Below the pieces are notes generated by a model. That model worked only from the letters and a program-made list of their open reading frames with translations. It ran no database searches and was not told the DNA's origin. A stretch of 63,669 nucleotides of DNA, filler included, from Pelomyxa schiedti (taxonomy: Eukaryota; Protista; Evosea): assembly GCA_020536535.1 (NCBI GenBank). It is 5 parts of 5 records of this genome, joined end to end, with 100 filler letters (N's around TTAATTAATTAA, not from the genome) between each part and the next. Parts side by side here need not be neighbours in the genome. Positions count along the whole stretch, not along the records: positions 40,605 to 54,938 come from JAHLWZ010001171.1; positions 55,039 to 62,296 come from JAHLWZ010000107.1; 3 more parts are not named here. One strand, written 5' to 3'. Positions 46,373 to 58,764 of the stretch are shown here, piece after piece; position 1 is the first letter of the stretch, and each line of letters starts with the position of its first letter. Made by a program: the position numbers and the translations under genes.

Positions 46373-49300
46373 TTATGACCTGCAGTTTGACACTTGGTCT
46401 GGTGTCAAACTGTGGGCACCGGCTTCCGGCGATGATAATGACGAAAGCGCAACAGCGGTGGTGGTGCAGCAGCTCTGCAGTGTCTCCACAATCGCTGTGA
46501 ATGACTGGCGGTTGCTCTCTGTGTGATTTGGGTGTTGGTTGTTTCAGGGAGGGCAACAGCTACAAACAGAACAGAACACATCATACCGCAAATCGAGAGG
46601 CATGACTGAACAACAGATAACAGGAGTTCTGGTGCAGTTCCAAGAGCTGAAATCACGGAAGCCGCATCGATACCGTCAACGGCAAACAGGGGAGAGTCCG
46701 CGGTGAGAAGAAAGTTACCCACTGTTTGCAGTAATGCCTCCCTCCTGTTCAGGCAACACATGACTGTGTATTCGGACGTTTCGCGGCAGAGCCTGTCCAC
46801 CTCTGTTGGTTCCAAATTAAACAAATTGCTGGTGGTGTTAAAAATTTCAACCTTCAGCATTGTCCGATGAAAGTTGCCTCTTTTGTTCATTCAGGAACGT
46901 TTCCGGGTCTGAAGGCAAAGTAAAAGTCACATTAACATCATTTCCGGAAATCATTTCAGTTGTCACAATCCCAAAGCTCCACACATCTCCTATTTTCCGG
47001 GTGTGTCAGATGTACAATAATAACTTCCACTAAAATTATATTTGATAAATATAATTTTAAATTATATTTTTTTAAACCTGGTTGAGAAAAATGTTTTGGG
47101 GACATCTGAGGAGACATGTAAGCTGGATCACCGGGGCATTCATTTTGTATCCCCTCCTGCTGCTGGATACATTTGGTGGCTGAGACTGCAAAGTTTTAGA
47201 GTCAAATTCAACCTCACGGTTTTAATGTGAAAAAAAAGGGATCACACACTGAAATCACAGATTTTTGGAGTTCCGTTTTGATCCAAAAGGATGTTGCTGC
47301 TGTTCAAATCCCTGTGCATGTAATTTTGCCTGTCCAAGAAAGGCTTTTAGAACCTTTTCTTTTGTTTGAAAAAGCAAAAATACTTGTGAAGGAACGCCAT
47401 TCCTTTGGCAACAGCAAGCCCAATCCCAACAACTTCTTGGAAGTTCAGTTGTTTCTGGTTTTTTTTTTTGTAAGTGAGGAGAGAGGCCCACAGGACCAAC
47501 TTTATGAAGGAGCTGTTTTAGAGTGCAACACATGAGCTCTGATACAAGGAGTAGCTTCCCAGATGTTGTTGTGCACATCCCAAGGCACTTCACAATATTG
47601 GGATGTGTCATCTCACTCATGATCTGTGTGGTTTGGTCATCAAACAAGAAACTTCACACCTAACCTCTGCTTCAAGCCTGAGACGTTCAGCATTGTTGTC
47701 TGACATCATTAAATCATGAAGTGACTTCACTGCAACGCCCTTTGATGTTGGAATGTGTTCGGCTCTGAACACAGCTCCATAAGTCCCATGCCCAAGCTCA
47801 GCACTTGAGATTCTCAGGTCTGTTTCTTTTATGTTTAGCACCGTCCGTTGTGATGGTTGTGCAGGGGAAGAAGCAGGAGAGGTTGTGGGTGCAAGGGATG
47901 ACAGCCACCGCGAGATGCTCTCCTTCACTTGGTCCTGTGTCACATTCCCGGGAGGCACCCCTGATGATGAGGAGGCTGAGAGTGCAATAGCGGCTGATAT
48001 GCAGCAGCAATGCAGAATCTGCACAATCACTGTAAATGGAGCCCGGTTCCTCTCTGTGATTATGTTGGGTTTGTAGTTTCGTGGAAACAAACCACAAATT
48101 GAGAGGCAGGAATGAACGACAAGATACAGCAGGTCAGGTGCTGTGCCAAGGGCCCCAATCTCAAAGTCCGCAAATAGATAGGGGGAATCCTCTGAGTGAA
48201 CGAGGTTGTCTACTCTCCGGAGGGATGCATCCCTCCTGCCCAAGCAACATATCACAGCAGATTCATTTTTCCGGCAAAGATTGTTCACTTCTGTTGATTG
48301 ATTGGTTGGCAAGTAGTGAATTGATGGGCGGGGAACAAACCTTGAACGTCCAGTGGTGGAAGCGAGTTTTTTTGTACATCCAGGAATGCCATTTGTTGTG
48401 CAAGAGGCAAAGTGTGGAAAGCCGAGTCAACAAACTCGCCGTTTATCATTTCAGTGGTGAGAATCCCAAAGCTCCACACATCCCCTTGAAATTTTTTTTT
48501 GAGAGGATGAAAATGTCAGGTTGGAAACGAAACCCTTCAAGGAGTAATGGTCAGTGAACATCTGAGGTGACATGTACACCGGTGTACCAGGCGTCCTGGT
48601 TTTTATTGACACTTGAAGGCCTTGACATTTTATTGCACGTGACACACCTTTTTGGCTTCATTTATTATTGAGGTGGTGGGAAGTAAGAAGGTAATGCACA
48701 CCAAAGTCACATATTTTTGGAGTTCCATTTGCATCCAAAAGAATGTTGTTGCTGCTCAAATCCCGGTGCATGTATTTTTGCCTGTTGTCCAGGAGTTTTG
48801 TTTTGGTTGTCAGTTAGATCAATCCACCATATCATTCAGCTCTCAGATTCATCGTACCTGTGCAAGGCATCCATTCCCTTGGCAATGCCAAGTGCAATAA
48901 CCACAGCTTCTTGGAACTTCAGATTTTTCTGGTTTTTTGCTGGTCAGGGTTTGCTCTCACAAGAGAATCAGAATGAAAAACCTGGCGAAGCAGCTGCCTG
49001 AGACTGCAACACATGAGCTCAGACACAATCATTAGTTTCCCTGCTGAACTGTTGCATGTCCCAATGCACTTGACAATGTTGGGATGCCTCAATCCACTCA
49101 CAATCTATGTATTGTTCACATTTTTAAGGAACCAATGCAACCATCTCTGAGAATGACAAACCAACCTCTGCTTCAAGCCTGAAATCGTCAACACTGTATT
49201 CATTTGTGATTGCATCATGAAGTGTCTTCACAGCGACGTCAGTTGATGACGGGATGTGTTTGCTTTTGAACACAGTCCCATATGATCCACTCCCCAATGA

Positions 49301-51126
49301 TGAGGATGACACTTTAAGGTCTGCTTCTTGGATGTCCAATATTGGAGTGAGTCTCACCTTCACTTGTACTTTGTACTCTTCACTTTCTGGCAAAGAATGT
49401 TATTGTGCCGGTTGTAATGCGAGTGGACGAACCTTGGTCTGAGAGCAATTGAGACAATGTTGAGGTGCTTGAGCAAGGAACTTCTGCTTGTTCATGTGCA
49501 CCCACAGCAGAGACAGAGACAATTTGGTGGTTTTCATCAATTCCAAACCTCTTTTCAATTTCCATCTTCACAATCTTTTTTGCAAGTTCTTTCTTCAGTT
49601 TTTCATTTACTGTGTTGGGTTACTTTGCCAAACGGGCACAAGCAGCAAAATTGTTCATGAAAAGTGATGTCATGCCTTTCTAGCGTAACTGAAACATCTT
49701 TCATTACACACTCTTTGCTGGGTTCTGATTGTTGTAGAGCTGGCAAAATAGATTTGATCCATGACCCGTGTTGTATGTGTTGTAGAACATGACTAAAGCC
49801 TGTTGCCATTGTCAAAGTTAATACATTCCATTCTTACGAATAATAATTCTTACATTCTTGTTGTTTCTTGAACTCTTCAGTCTGAGCACTCAGAACTGTT
49901 TGAAAGAAGGGGGAATGAGATGATGCATTTGTATGGACATGAAAATAGTACACACGTTGCGTTTGTTCAAGAAGTTGTGGATATGTCATGTTCAGGTCAC
50001 TCTCTAATTCATTCACTTTGCCCTGCAATTTTTCATCTCGCTCCTCAACTTCCTTGAGTCGTTTTTCTAGCTCGCTGTTGGCAGTCTCCAAAGTATTGAG
50101 GTGTTCGAGTGCCCAACTGTCACTGCCACCACAGCCAAGGCAATGAGTTCCACCTCCATCTCCAGTTTCTTTGAAAACGCCTTTTTGCAAAGTCCCAATA
50201 GCATTGTTTGTGACCCGGCCGTCGAAAATCCTGAACATGGCAACCCCATCCCCAACACCATCCTCCGCAAATTTACCAAGGAACTCATCACCGTTTGGCC
50301 AGGTTATTTTGCCGCACTTGAGAACTCCCATATCCCAAACACCCTCAGTCACAGTTCCATCACGTTCCCACTTTTTTCCGGAACCGTGCATTTTCCCAAA
50401 CCCCCAATCTCCGTCGTATCTCGTCCCATCATCCCAAATCCTGACACCCTTGCCATGGTACACGTCGTCCTTCCACTCCCCAACGTACATGCCTCCCCCT
50501 TGCCCAACCCCCAGCATCATGCTCCCATAACCGCTCCTCACGCCGTGGTCAAACTCGCCGTCATACACATTGTTTCCAGGGGACCTCCACGTCCCCCTGC
50601 CGTGCCACTGGTGCCTGTCCCACTCGCCCTCATACACAGTCTCCATCCTCGTCGTCGTCGTGGCCGCAGCAGTGACGGCGCCGGCGCCGGGGCGGTCCCC
50701 CACAGTGGGGGTGGCTGCCGGCCTCCTCTCGACGCCCCACCCCTGCATCAGGTGCGACTTGGACCCCTCCTGGGCCCAGTCGCCGTCCCTGAGGGTGCCG
50801 TCGGGGCCGAGGCAGCGGCCGCGGGCCCACTGGCCGCCGCGGAACAGGCCCTCGAAGGTCTCGCCGTCGGGGCCGTGCCACTGGCCCCACCCGTCCTTCT
50901 TCCCCTGGTGCCACTCGCACTCGCAGACTTCGTTGTACAGCTTCTTTGTGCCCCGGCCGTGTGGGGCGCCGCCTCGCCAGTCGCCGTCGTACTGCTGCCC
51001 TGTTTCTACCCACCAGAACACCCCGTGGCCGTCGGGCAAGCCGTCAACGATACGGCCCGTATACAGCCCGGTGTCGCGACAACAGTAGTCAGCCACGTCC
51101 TCTATCGTGTGCGGTGCCAACGGCAT
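46373..51126 (-). CDS. MORN repeats - coiled coil - ubiquitin-like - two tandem TKL-like kinase domains (copy E)
   Basis: MORN ORF 49834-51132; Ubl-like KMEIEKRFGIDENHQIV; kinase 1 LGSGSYG/VAVK/HRDLSSNN/YMSPQMF/DVWSFG. ORF 47617-48312 links the kinase-1 C-lobe in frame to kinase 2 (LGHGTYG/VAVK/HRDLNSSN/YMSPQM/DVWSFG). Stop TAA 46373-46375. A further 5' exon is possible. Confidence 0.8.
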
Positions 51127-51432
51127 CGCCACCTGTTTGTTCGCGTGAAAAAAAAAAAACGATGAGATGGGCGAATCAAAATGCCTGTTGAATAGTCGAG
51201 AGCACGCGGCGGACCGCGTTTGCAGACATACGAATTTCTGTTGTGACGAAAGAGAAAGAAACTACAGTTCCGGTCTGTTGATTATGTGCTGTTGATTGTG
51301 CAACAAAGTCTTGGACGGGTATGCACAATGAATGGGAGCCGGTTGGTCTCTGTACGGTGATTGAGTCAGAGTGATTGGTTGTGGTGGTTTTGTTCTATTG
51401 ACATTATTCGATTTTTTCTCCCATCAGGTGCC

Positions 51433-53926
51433 ATGGCAGCAAAAGGTGGTGTGGTGATGGTGATTGACAACACCACTTCGGCTGGTGGGGGTGTGTACAC
51501 TGGACGTCTTGTAAACGGCACACGCGACGGCAGCGGAACGTGCAAGTGGATGAATGGGAGTGAGACGTATGATGGTAATTGGAAGGATGGCATGATGCAT
51601 GGCCGAGGTCTTCACACAGGGGCAAGTGGCAACACCTACGTCGGTGAGTGGTACCAGGGCATGGCGGACGGGTGGGGTCTCCGTCGGTGTGCCAGTGGCG
51701 GGTGGTATGAGGGGTTGTACAGGGATGCCGAACTGAAAAGGGGGACTTGGCACGACAGCAACGGTGAGGACGTGTTGGACGGCGAGTGGGTGTGGAAGGA
51801 AAGGATAAACCAGTATGAGATGCAGGGCTGGGGTGCGCAAAGAAGGACAATAACAATACAGGGAGCCACTGCAATTAGAGCTGTGTATGAGGGTGAGTGG
51901 TGCAGGAACCAGTGGCACGGTGTGGGAACGTGGAGGTCGCCTCATGGCTCGGGTGACATCTACCATGGCAAGTTTGAAAACGGCAAGAGGAGTGGGGCAG
52001 GGAGCATCCTGTTTGGAGATGGAGGGAGCTACGTTGGGGGGTGGAAGGATGACGTGTTCCATGGCTGGGGTGTGAGGCTGTGGGCAAACGGTGACAGGTA
52101 TGAAGGCCAGTGGGCGTGTGGCAAGGAGAACGGCGAAGGAACGAAGACGTGGTCCAAGGATGGATCATCATTCACTGGGTTGTGGGAGAGTGGTGTCTCT
52201 ACAAAGGGGACAAGGAAGTGGCCAAACGGTGACAAGTTTGAAGGCACCTTCGCAAGATGTGGTGATGGGAGTGGAGTGGCGTGCCGTGGTGAGGGGGTTG
52301 CAACACTGTCATCATCGGCATCATCCATTCTGAAGGGCACCCTCAACAACAACCTTTTTCAAAGTGGGAACTCAGACGTGCAACATCAGATGGGATCATC
52401 ACTCTCACAGTGTGAACACCATCTCCAGATAGAGGTGTGTTGTTTTCCCCTTGTCTCTTCCTTCTCTTGTGGTTGTTTGTGCTCACAAACAAAATCCAGA
52501 AACTGAAAAATGAACTCTCCAAAGAAAAAAGAGATTTCAAGGCAAAACTGGAAGAAGAAATGAGAGCAGCCAAAAAGGAGTGGCAGGTGTGTCAGTATTT
52601 CCTCAATTTTCGCGTCTTATTTTCAACAGAAAGTCACAGAGAGAAACAACCAACAGCATACCGAGCAACTCGACGAGATGAACAAAAAGCTCCAACAATT
52701 GCAAGACAACCTTCAAAAGAAACAAGAAGAGGAGGAAACAAGAGCAACAATGGTGGGGAAGGCACACCTTGAACTGAAAGAAGCTTTCACATTGACGACA
52801 CTCTTCCAATCCCAGTTGCAAAAGTTATCACCCAAGATTGCATTGCTCGAGGAATCACTTGCAAAACTGAACCAGAGACTCGAAGGAACCACAGAGAGAA
52901 ACCAGGCACTGGCATCAACGCTGAAAGAACTCACTGATCTGAAGGACACACTGGCAAAGAAATTCGACGAGTCTGATGATGCATGCAAGAAGCTCCTTGG
53001 GCAGACACTGACGGTGGGGAACAGTGAAGCTGAGATTCAGGAGTGTGCCAGGAACATCTCAACGTTGACGAGAAAGATATTGGATATCAAGTCCTCCACA
53101 ACATCAACATCAGGACTGGAGAACAGCCTCACTGTTCCACCACAAGAAGGTAAAAACACACTGGAGTATGACTCTCATTTGACAAATAAAAACACAGAGA
53201 ACGATAGAATTCTGATGATGAAACCTCTCCCTGCAGTGGACTTTTCCGAGCAACCACAGTTTCAACTCGAACATACATTCACACCCCCGTTCCAGTTGCT
53301 GATTGCTCTCTCAGACACTCTTGCACAGCTCCAAAGGTGCCAGTTTGAGGAATGCACAAAGCTTGCTGACAAACACACAGTGCTGTCAAAGGAGCTGTCT
53401 GAGCAGGTTTCAATTGGAGGCACACTCCAAAAGGCCATAGAGGAGACACAGAGGGAATGTTCAGAGCTTCAGAGTGAATTCAAGGGCAAGTGGAAGCTTC
53501 AGCGAGGGCTGGAGGGTGACGAGACGTTCATTGGGATGCCTGGTGTGTGGTCAATGCTCTCTCAGTTGCTCCCTCAGGCTCAACAGGCCATGTTTGACTT
53601 GATGGTTTCGAGACACAGTCTGGAAGCTGGGGCAAGCCGCTCTGTTGCCACACTTCCTGGATGCACAGGCACCGTGACCATAGCACCAACCTCAGTTGCA
53701 TTGAACAACAACAGCCGTAACAGCAGCACTGCTTGCATGGAATGTGATGAGAGGCCACCAAACGTTCAGTTTCAACCTTGTGGTCACGTTGTCCTATGCT
53801 CTCAGGTACTGTGTGGTTTCTTTTATTCTCCCAACTGACTACAAAACACAACAAAAAAAGTGTGCCGCATTCATGAAGAAATGCCCTGATTGTCGTGCCT
53901 TCATCAAGTACAAAATCAATTTGTAG
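51433..53926 (+). CDS. MORN repeats - long coiled coil - C-terminal RING-HC (C3HC4_3/IAP-type) putative E3 ligase (copy F)
   Basis: MORN ORF 51361-52506; heptad-rich ORF 52678-53838; CMECDERPPNVQFQPCGHVVLCSQ/CAAFMKKCPDCRAFI; stop 53924-53926. Confidence 0.85.
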
Positions 53927-54071
53927 AAAGTGGAATCGTCGCCAACCCATACCTCAGGATTTTTAAATAAACCTCATTTTTTGGGGTGGGCACATCACGC
54001 CAGCTCGCCCTCGTATCGGCTCCAGCTTGCGTGTCGTGATCACGTTGCTTTGAAATTAGAAAAAGAGAAAG

Positions 54072-54938
54072 TCATAAAAGGCCTGTTGGTGGTGGTTGTG
54101 AGGGAGAGGAGGCAGAAGGGGGTGTGGAGGATGTTATTGCGGGAGCAAGTGACGACAGCCACTGCGTGATGGTGTGGTTCACTTGGTCCCGTGTAATCAC
54201 ACTCGCAAGAGTTTCTTCACTTGGTGTGGAGGAGGAAAGTGCAATGGAAGCTGATGTGCAGCAACAATGCAGTATCTGCCCGATGACTGTGAATGGAGCC
54301 CGGTTCTTCTCTGTTGAATGATGAATCAGTGGTTTTTTTTTTGAAGGTTTAGCACGCGGACGTACCACAAATTGAGAGGCATGATTGAACAACGAGAAAC
54401 AGGAGGTCCGCTGCTGTAGCGATGTTCCCAGTGGGTCCGCAACTTGGTGTAAATAAGGAAGAGTCAGGTGAGTGAACAAGGGTGTTCACCGTGCGGAGGC
54501 ATGCAGCTCTCCTGCCAAGGCACTCAACAACAGAGGATTCAGTGGCTTCCCGGCAAAGCCGGTTCACTTCTGTGTGGTGATTATTGATTTTTTTGCGGAA
54601 AAAGCATTCATTCAAACCTTCAACATCTGGTGGTGGCAGTGATCCCTTTTGTTGCTCCAGGAAAGTTATTTGCTGCGCAAGAGGCAGAGTAGGGAAAGCA
54701 GAATTGAGGATATCACCGTGAATCATTTCAGTGGTCAGGATCCCAAAGCTCCACACATCTCCTGTTTGTATGTATGAGTGGTGTGCCTCTGGAAATTCAA
54801 GTAAAGGTGGAAAAAGTACTTGGTGGAGGAATGAAGAAAGAAGAAAGAGAAGACACCTTTTGAAGTGTAATGCCCTGTGAACATCTGAGGTGACATGTAA
54901 ACTGGTGCCCCTGGTCCTACTGTTGCTGATGCTGCCCG
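54072..54938 (-). CDS. 3' part of another atypical TKL-like kinase gene (copy G), truncated by the linker
   Basis: GAPVYMSPQMF/DVWSFGILTTEMIHG, the same C-lobe insert (EVNRLCRE..CLGRRAA..LLFLVVQSCLSICG) and KNRAPFTVI; stop at 54072. Confidence 0.75.
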
Positions 54939-55038
54939 NNNNNNNNNNNNNNNNNNNNNNNNNNNNNNNNNNNNNNNNNNNNTTAATTAATTAANNNNNN
55001 NNNNNNNNNNNNNNNNNNNNNNNNNNNNNNNNNNNNNN
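54939..55038. other. Artificial contig linker N44-TTAATTAATTAA-N44
   Basis: 12-mer at 54983-54994. Confidence 0.97.
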
Positions 55039-55400
55039 CCTGGTGCTTCCCAACTGGTGGCTGCAACAGCAACGAAGTGCGCCGGGAGTGAAAATTCCAC
55101 TCGAGTGCGTAGTTCTCCTCCTTCTTCCCTTTTGCCTCCTGCTCATTAGAATGCAGAGAGAACGAACAGGCGCTCATAACACCCCACAGTAAGCAATCTC
55201 ATCATAAACCATTTTCCACACCACAACCTCACAGTACAAACAGATGTATTTGGTACGATACTGGACATTGCAGGTGTTACTGCACCCTCAAGGCAGCTGT
55301 CAGACTGCCCGGTGTGCACCCACAGCGTCATTTCACACAGGATTCCCACAAACAGAACGTGTTCACAGGCCAACATCCCCGACCAGTTTTGTGTTTGCTG
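55039..55400 (+). CDS. 3' fragment of a DUF229/alkaline-phosphatase(sulfatase)-like protein
   Basis: LVLPNWW.. / ENEQALITPH / DVFGTILDIAG..IPTNRTCSQANIPDQFCVC matches the DUF229-type C-terminus (L.TP.D+..T and RTC..A.IP..C.C). Confidence 0.5.
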
Positions 55401-56504
55401 GTGAGGCAAGCTCCCTTCCCCTTCCCATAGAAGATCTTCCATTTTCTGAGTATTCGAACTTACTTTTTTCCCCTAGTCATGAACCAACCCAACGTCGGTT
55501 GGTCGTGGGACGGGAAAACGCGACTGTGTTGTTGTGTGCTTTTTACAGAGCAAGAGGATTGTGGCGAGGTGAGCTAAATATTTGGATAGAAAATCTAAGC
55601 CCGTTTGTCACCTGTCATTACGTCAGCCCTTTGACACCATTCCTCTGCGTCCATTCCTTATAAACCCCTTTTTTCCTAAGATTTATGTGGCGTATTAACG
55701 TCTGTGCCACAAGGATTTACAATCAACTTTGTCACCAACTTGGAATTTTCTATCAGAATTCACCCTTTTTGATCCCAGTAAGTCATCACTGGTGATTGTA
55801 ATCATCCGACACATCATATACCGACTTGTTGACAATCCACACACAACAACACCCTGCCAACATCAGGATGAGTGAAAGATGTTGTTTTGGAATACTGGCA
55901 TGGTTGCCGAGGTGGCTGGTTGACCACCAGCATGGAGGGGAACTAAGCAAAGACACCTCTAAGCCTGTGGCCACTCATCACCATCATCATCATTGTCAGT
56001 CACCACTCTTCTCCATGTGCAGCTTGGCAGCAGGGGTGAAGTTGGGCACAACAGTGTCATCAAGGCATAAGCATTCTGTATTGCAACATTGAGGGCACTT
56101 TCCCTCTCATGCAAGCTTTTGCTTATTCTCTGTAATACCTATTATATAGTTTGCAATGTTGGCCCCTCTTGTTCACCTCCTTGATTTGCTGCTGTTGTCT
56201 CTGCTTCTTTTGCTGCTCCAGGTTCCATAGCAGGTGTATCCCCATGCTGCAGTGCCGGAGTGGCAAGTTGGTAAGTTAAAAATAAAGAGTGTACACAGGC
56301 ACTGCAGCATGGGGATGCACCTGCTATTGAACCTGTAGAGCAAAGACAGCAAATCAAGGAGGTGAACAAGAGGGAACAATTGCAAACTTTCAAACAGGTA
56401 TTGCAGAGAATGTGTAAAAGCCTGTATGAGAGGGAAGGTGCCCTCAATGTTGCAATACAGCACACAAATGAGGTTAGTCAAATCTATACCCTTCTTCTAT
56501 AATG

Positions 56505-56610
56505 CAGAAAAAGAAAGAGGAAAGAGGGAAAGAAAGAGGAAAGAAAGAGGAAAGAGAAAAGAGAAAAGGAAGGGCACAGAGCAGAGGCAAAGGGGAAGAG
56601 AAAAGAGAAA
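56505..56610. repeat. Purine-rich (GA/AAAG) low-complexity tract
   Basis: aaaagaaagaggaaagagggaaagaaagaggaaag... read directly. Confidence 0.8.
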
Positions 56611-56879
56611 AGGGTGTTGTGTGATGGTGTTGTTTGTGCACAAAGATGAGGAAGTCAGCAAATTATGATCTCACCACTGAATCAGAATTGGAATCTCAGC
56701 TGCATATTGCCAAGTGTTGCGCTTTACTTTATCACTGGCTGTAGGATCTCGGGGAATCTTGGCTATTCATGACACCCAATCACTCACATTTCCACAGAAG
56801 AGACAAACTATTTCAAATCGGTGATCGGGAATTTCCGGGCTAGGCCAAAGGCAAAGGTGAACTCACCACCGCCCGCGGG

Positions 56880-58764
56880 ATGCAAGGGCGAGGGCGAGGC
56901 CGCGGCGCCGAGCGTGGCCGGGGGCACGGGCGAGTGGGGCATAGCGAGATGATGGAGGCAGTGGAGGGGCCTGGGCAGGAGCAGGGGGACAGTGCCGCGG
57001 CGGCGGCGACGACGACGACGCAGTCAGGGGCATCGGTGGAGGAAATCTTGGCGGGCACAGGCGCTGGAGCTGCTGGTGCTTCCTGAGACAGCGCGGCTTT
57101 TGATTGGGGCGTTGGATATCGATAAGCCACAGGATATTATGCGAAGGATCCAAGGGTATGGTTGTTGCCGATGATTTCCCTCCCATAATACTAAATACAT
57201 ATCATGTATCCAAATATTGTTGCATTGTGCAACTGAGTAAAATGTATCTAACTCTAGGTAGGGACGATCTGCATGAAATTAATGGCCACCTGTATGCTAT
57301 TTTCTATAATATAGAACACTAAGAAGCTTGCACTAAAACTGCATACCCTAGATCTTCCAGAGAGCCATACTTCACCAATTCCTGTGCTGAAAGTGCTTGT
57401 AGCTTCAACTCCTTCCAAGATGTGCACTCGCCTTCACTTTCTGGATATCGAACAGGCACTACACTGCCCTGCTGTTGGATGACCTGGAGCTGAAGAAGCG
57501 GCAGCAGCAACACCTGTGCGATATGATGGACTGATTCAGGAGGAAATCAAACCTGCACTGGCCAGAGTCAGGACCAATCTCAACAACCAGAAGGCCGCAA
57601 TCACATTCTATATCCCGAAAGTGAAGGAGGTATGTATATACCTTCCTTCAACTCAAAACCAACTCCACACAGGCACTGGACAGCAAAGAAGGTGAGTGCA
57701 CATCTTGGAAGGAGTTGAAGCTACAAGCACATTCAGCACAGGAATCGGCAAAGTATGGCTCTCTGGAAGATCTCAACAGAGCAATGAGAGAGTTGGACGA
57801 AATGGAAGACACAGCAAGAACCAACGATGTCGCACTTAACAATCTGAAGACCCAGCTTCAGGTTGGTTTTGGTGTTATTTCTGCACTCAGTTAAACATTC
57901 TTTATTATAATATTACATCCCAAACAAAAACAAGCCAAAAAACCACTCCATCTACTCTCTGTGTTGCCATTTTTGAGTTGATGTTGTCAGTTATGTGACC
58001 GCACTATTGTCGTCCTCTGACTTTGGGCTTGTTTCCTTTTTTTTTAACTTACACACAGGGACTGCTGAGTGGAGATATGGGCAGGCTCACAGCTATACGT
58101 GATCCTCATAATCGTCCTAATGATGCGGTTATTGTTATTGATGAAGATGATGGTCCCACAATGCACACAATCAAACTTCACCGCACAGAAAGTGGAGCTC
58201 TCCCGGCCAATCAAGGTATCCAATCCTTTTGTACTCTCCAATTGTAACTTACTCTTCTTGCAACTTAAGGATCAGCACATGATTTCCGCCGCAGATACAG
58301 AAGAGTATGTAAGTCTATGCCGGCGATGGGCCGCTTGTCAGGACTGGTGCAAAGAATTGCGCAAGCAAGTTGATAACTGGAAAAAGCTGGAATCCATCTC
58401 ATTTTCTTACTCTCTTGAGGAGGCGACGCAGCACGGGGCATCGCCATCAACGACGTCACCATTCACTCCTCCTGCCACTTTCCCAATCCCCAGCACTGAG
58501 CAGGATCAACCTCAGCGAACAGCACCACCGGGTACAACTGCCTGCACCACTCCACAGCCACAGCCACAACCGCGACCACGCCGGCAACTAGAACTACACC
58601 AGCCCCCAGAACAGCAATCCCCAGAACCACAGGAACCCCCGCATGTGGCAGCAAGCAGTGGGGGCCCCACCAACAAGCACCACCACCTGCCCCGCCCACA
58701 CATACTCCCCCGACCCCCCGCAGGCAGAACGGAGGTGGGTCATACACAACAACACCATAACTAA
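56880..58764 (+). CDS. Hypothetical multi-exon coiled-coil protein with Pro/Gln-rich tail
   Basis: GC-rich first exon; GT-AG-bounded exons DGLIQEEIKPALARVRTNLNNQKAAITFYIPKVKE, EDLNRAMRELDEMED..LKTQLQ, GLLSGDMG.., DQHMISAADTEEY..; stop TAA at 58764. Exon chain and start are uncertain. Confidence 0.4.
57350..57773. repeat. Inverted repeat: 86-bp arms 57350-57435 and 57688-57773
   Basis: The reverse complement of arm 1 matches arm 2 with five substitutions; arm 2 lies in a coding exon. Confidence 0.95.

Noticed and set aside
45655-51165. Long plus-strand Pro/His/Val-rich ORFs (45655-46281, 50101-51165 and similar)
   Set aside because: Antisense shadows of MORN-repeat exons (Gly/Trp codons read in reverse).
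55786-56481. Cys-rich short ORFs on both strands
   Set aside because: No zinc-finger spacing or family motif; the TG/CA-rich, CpG-depleted composition inflates Cys/His codons.
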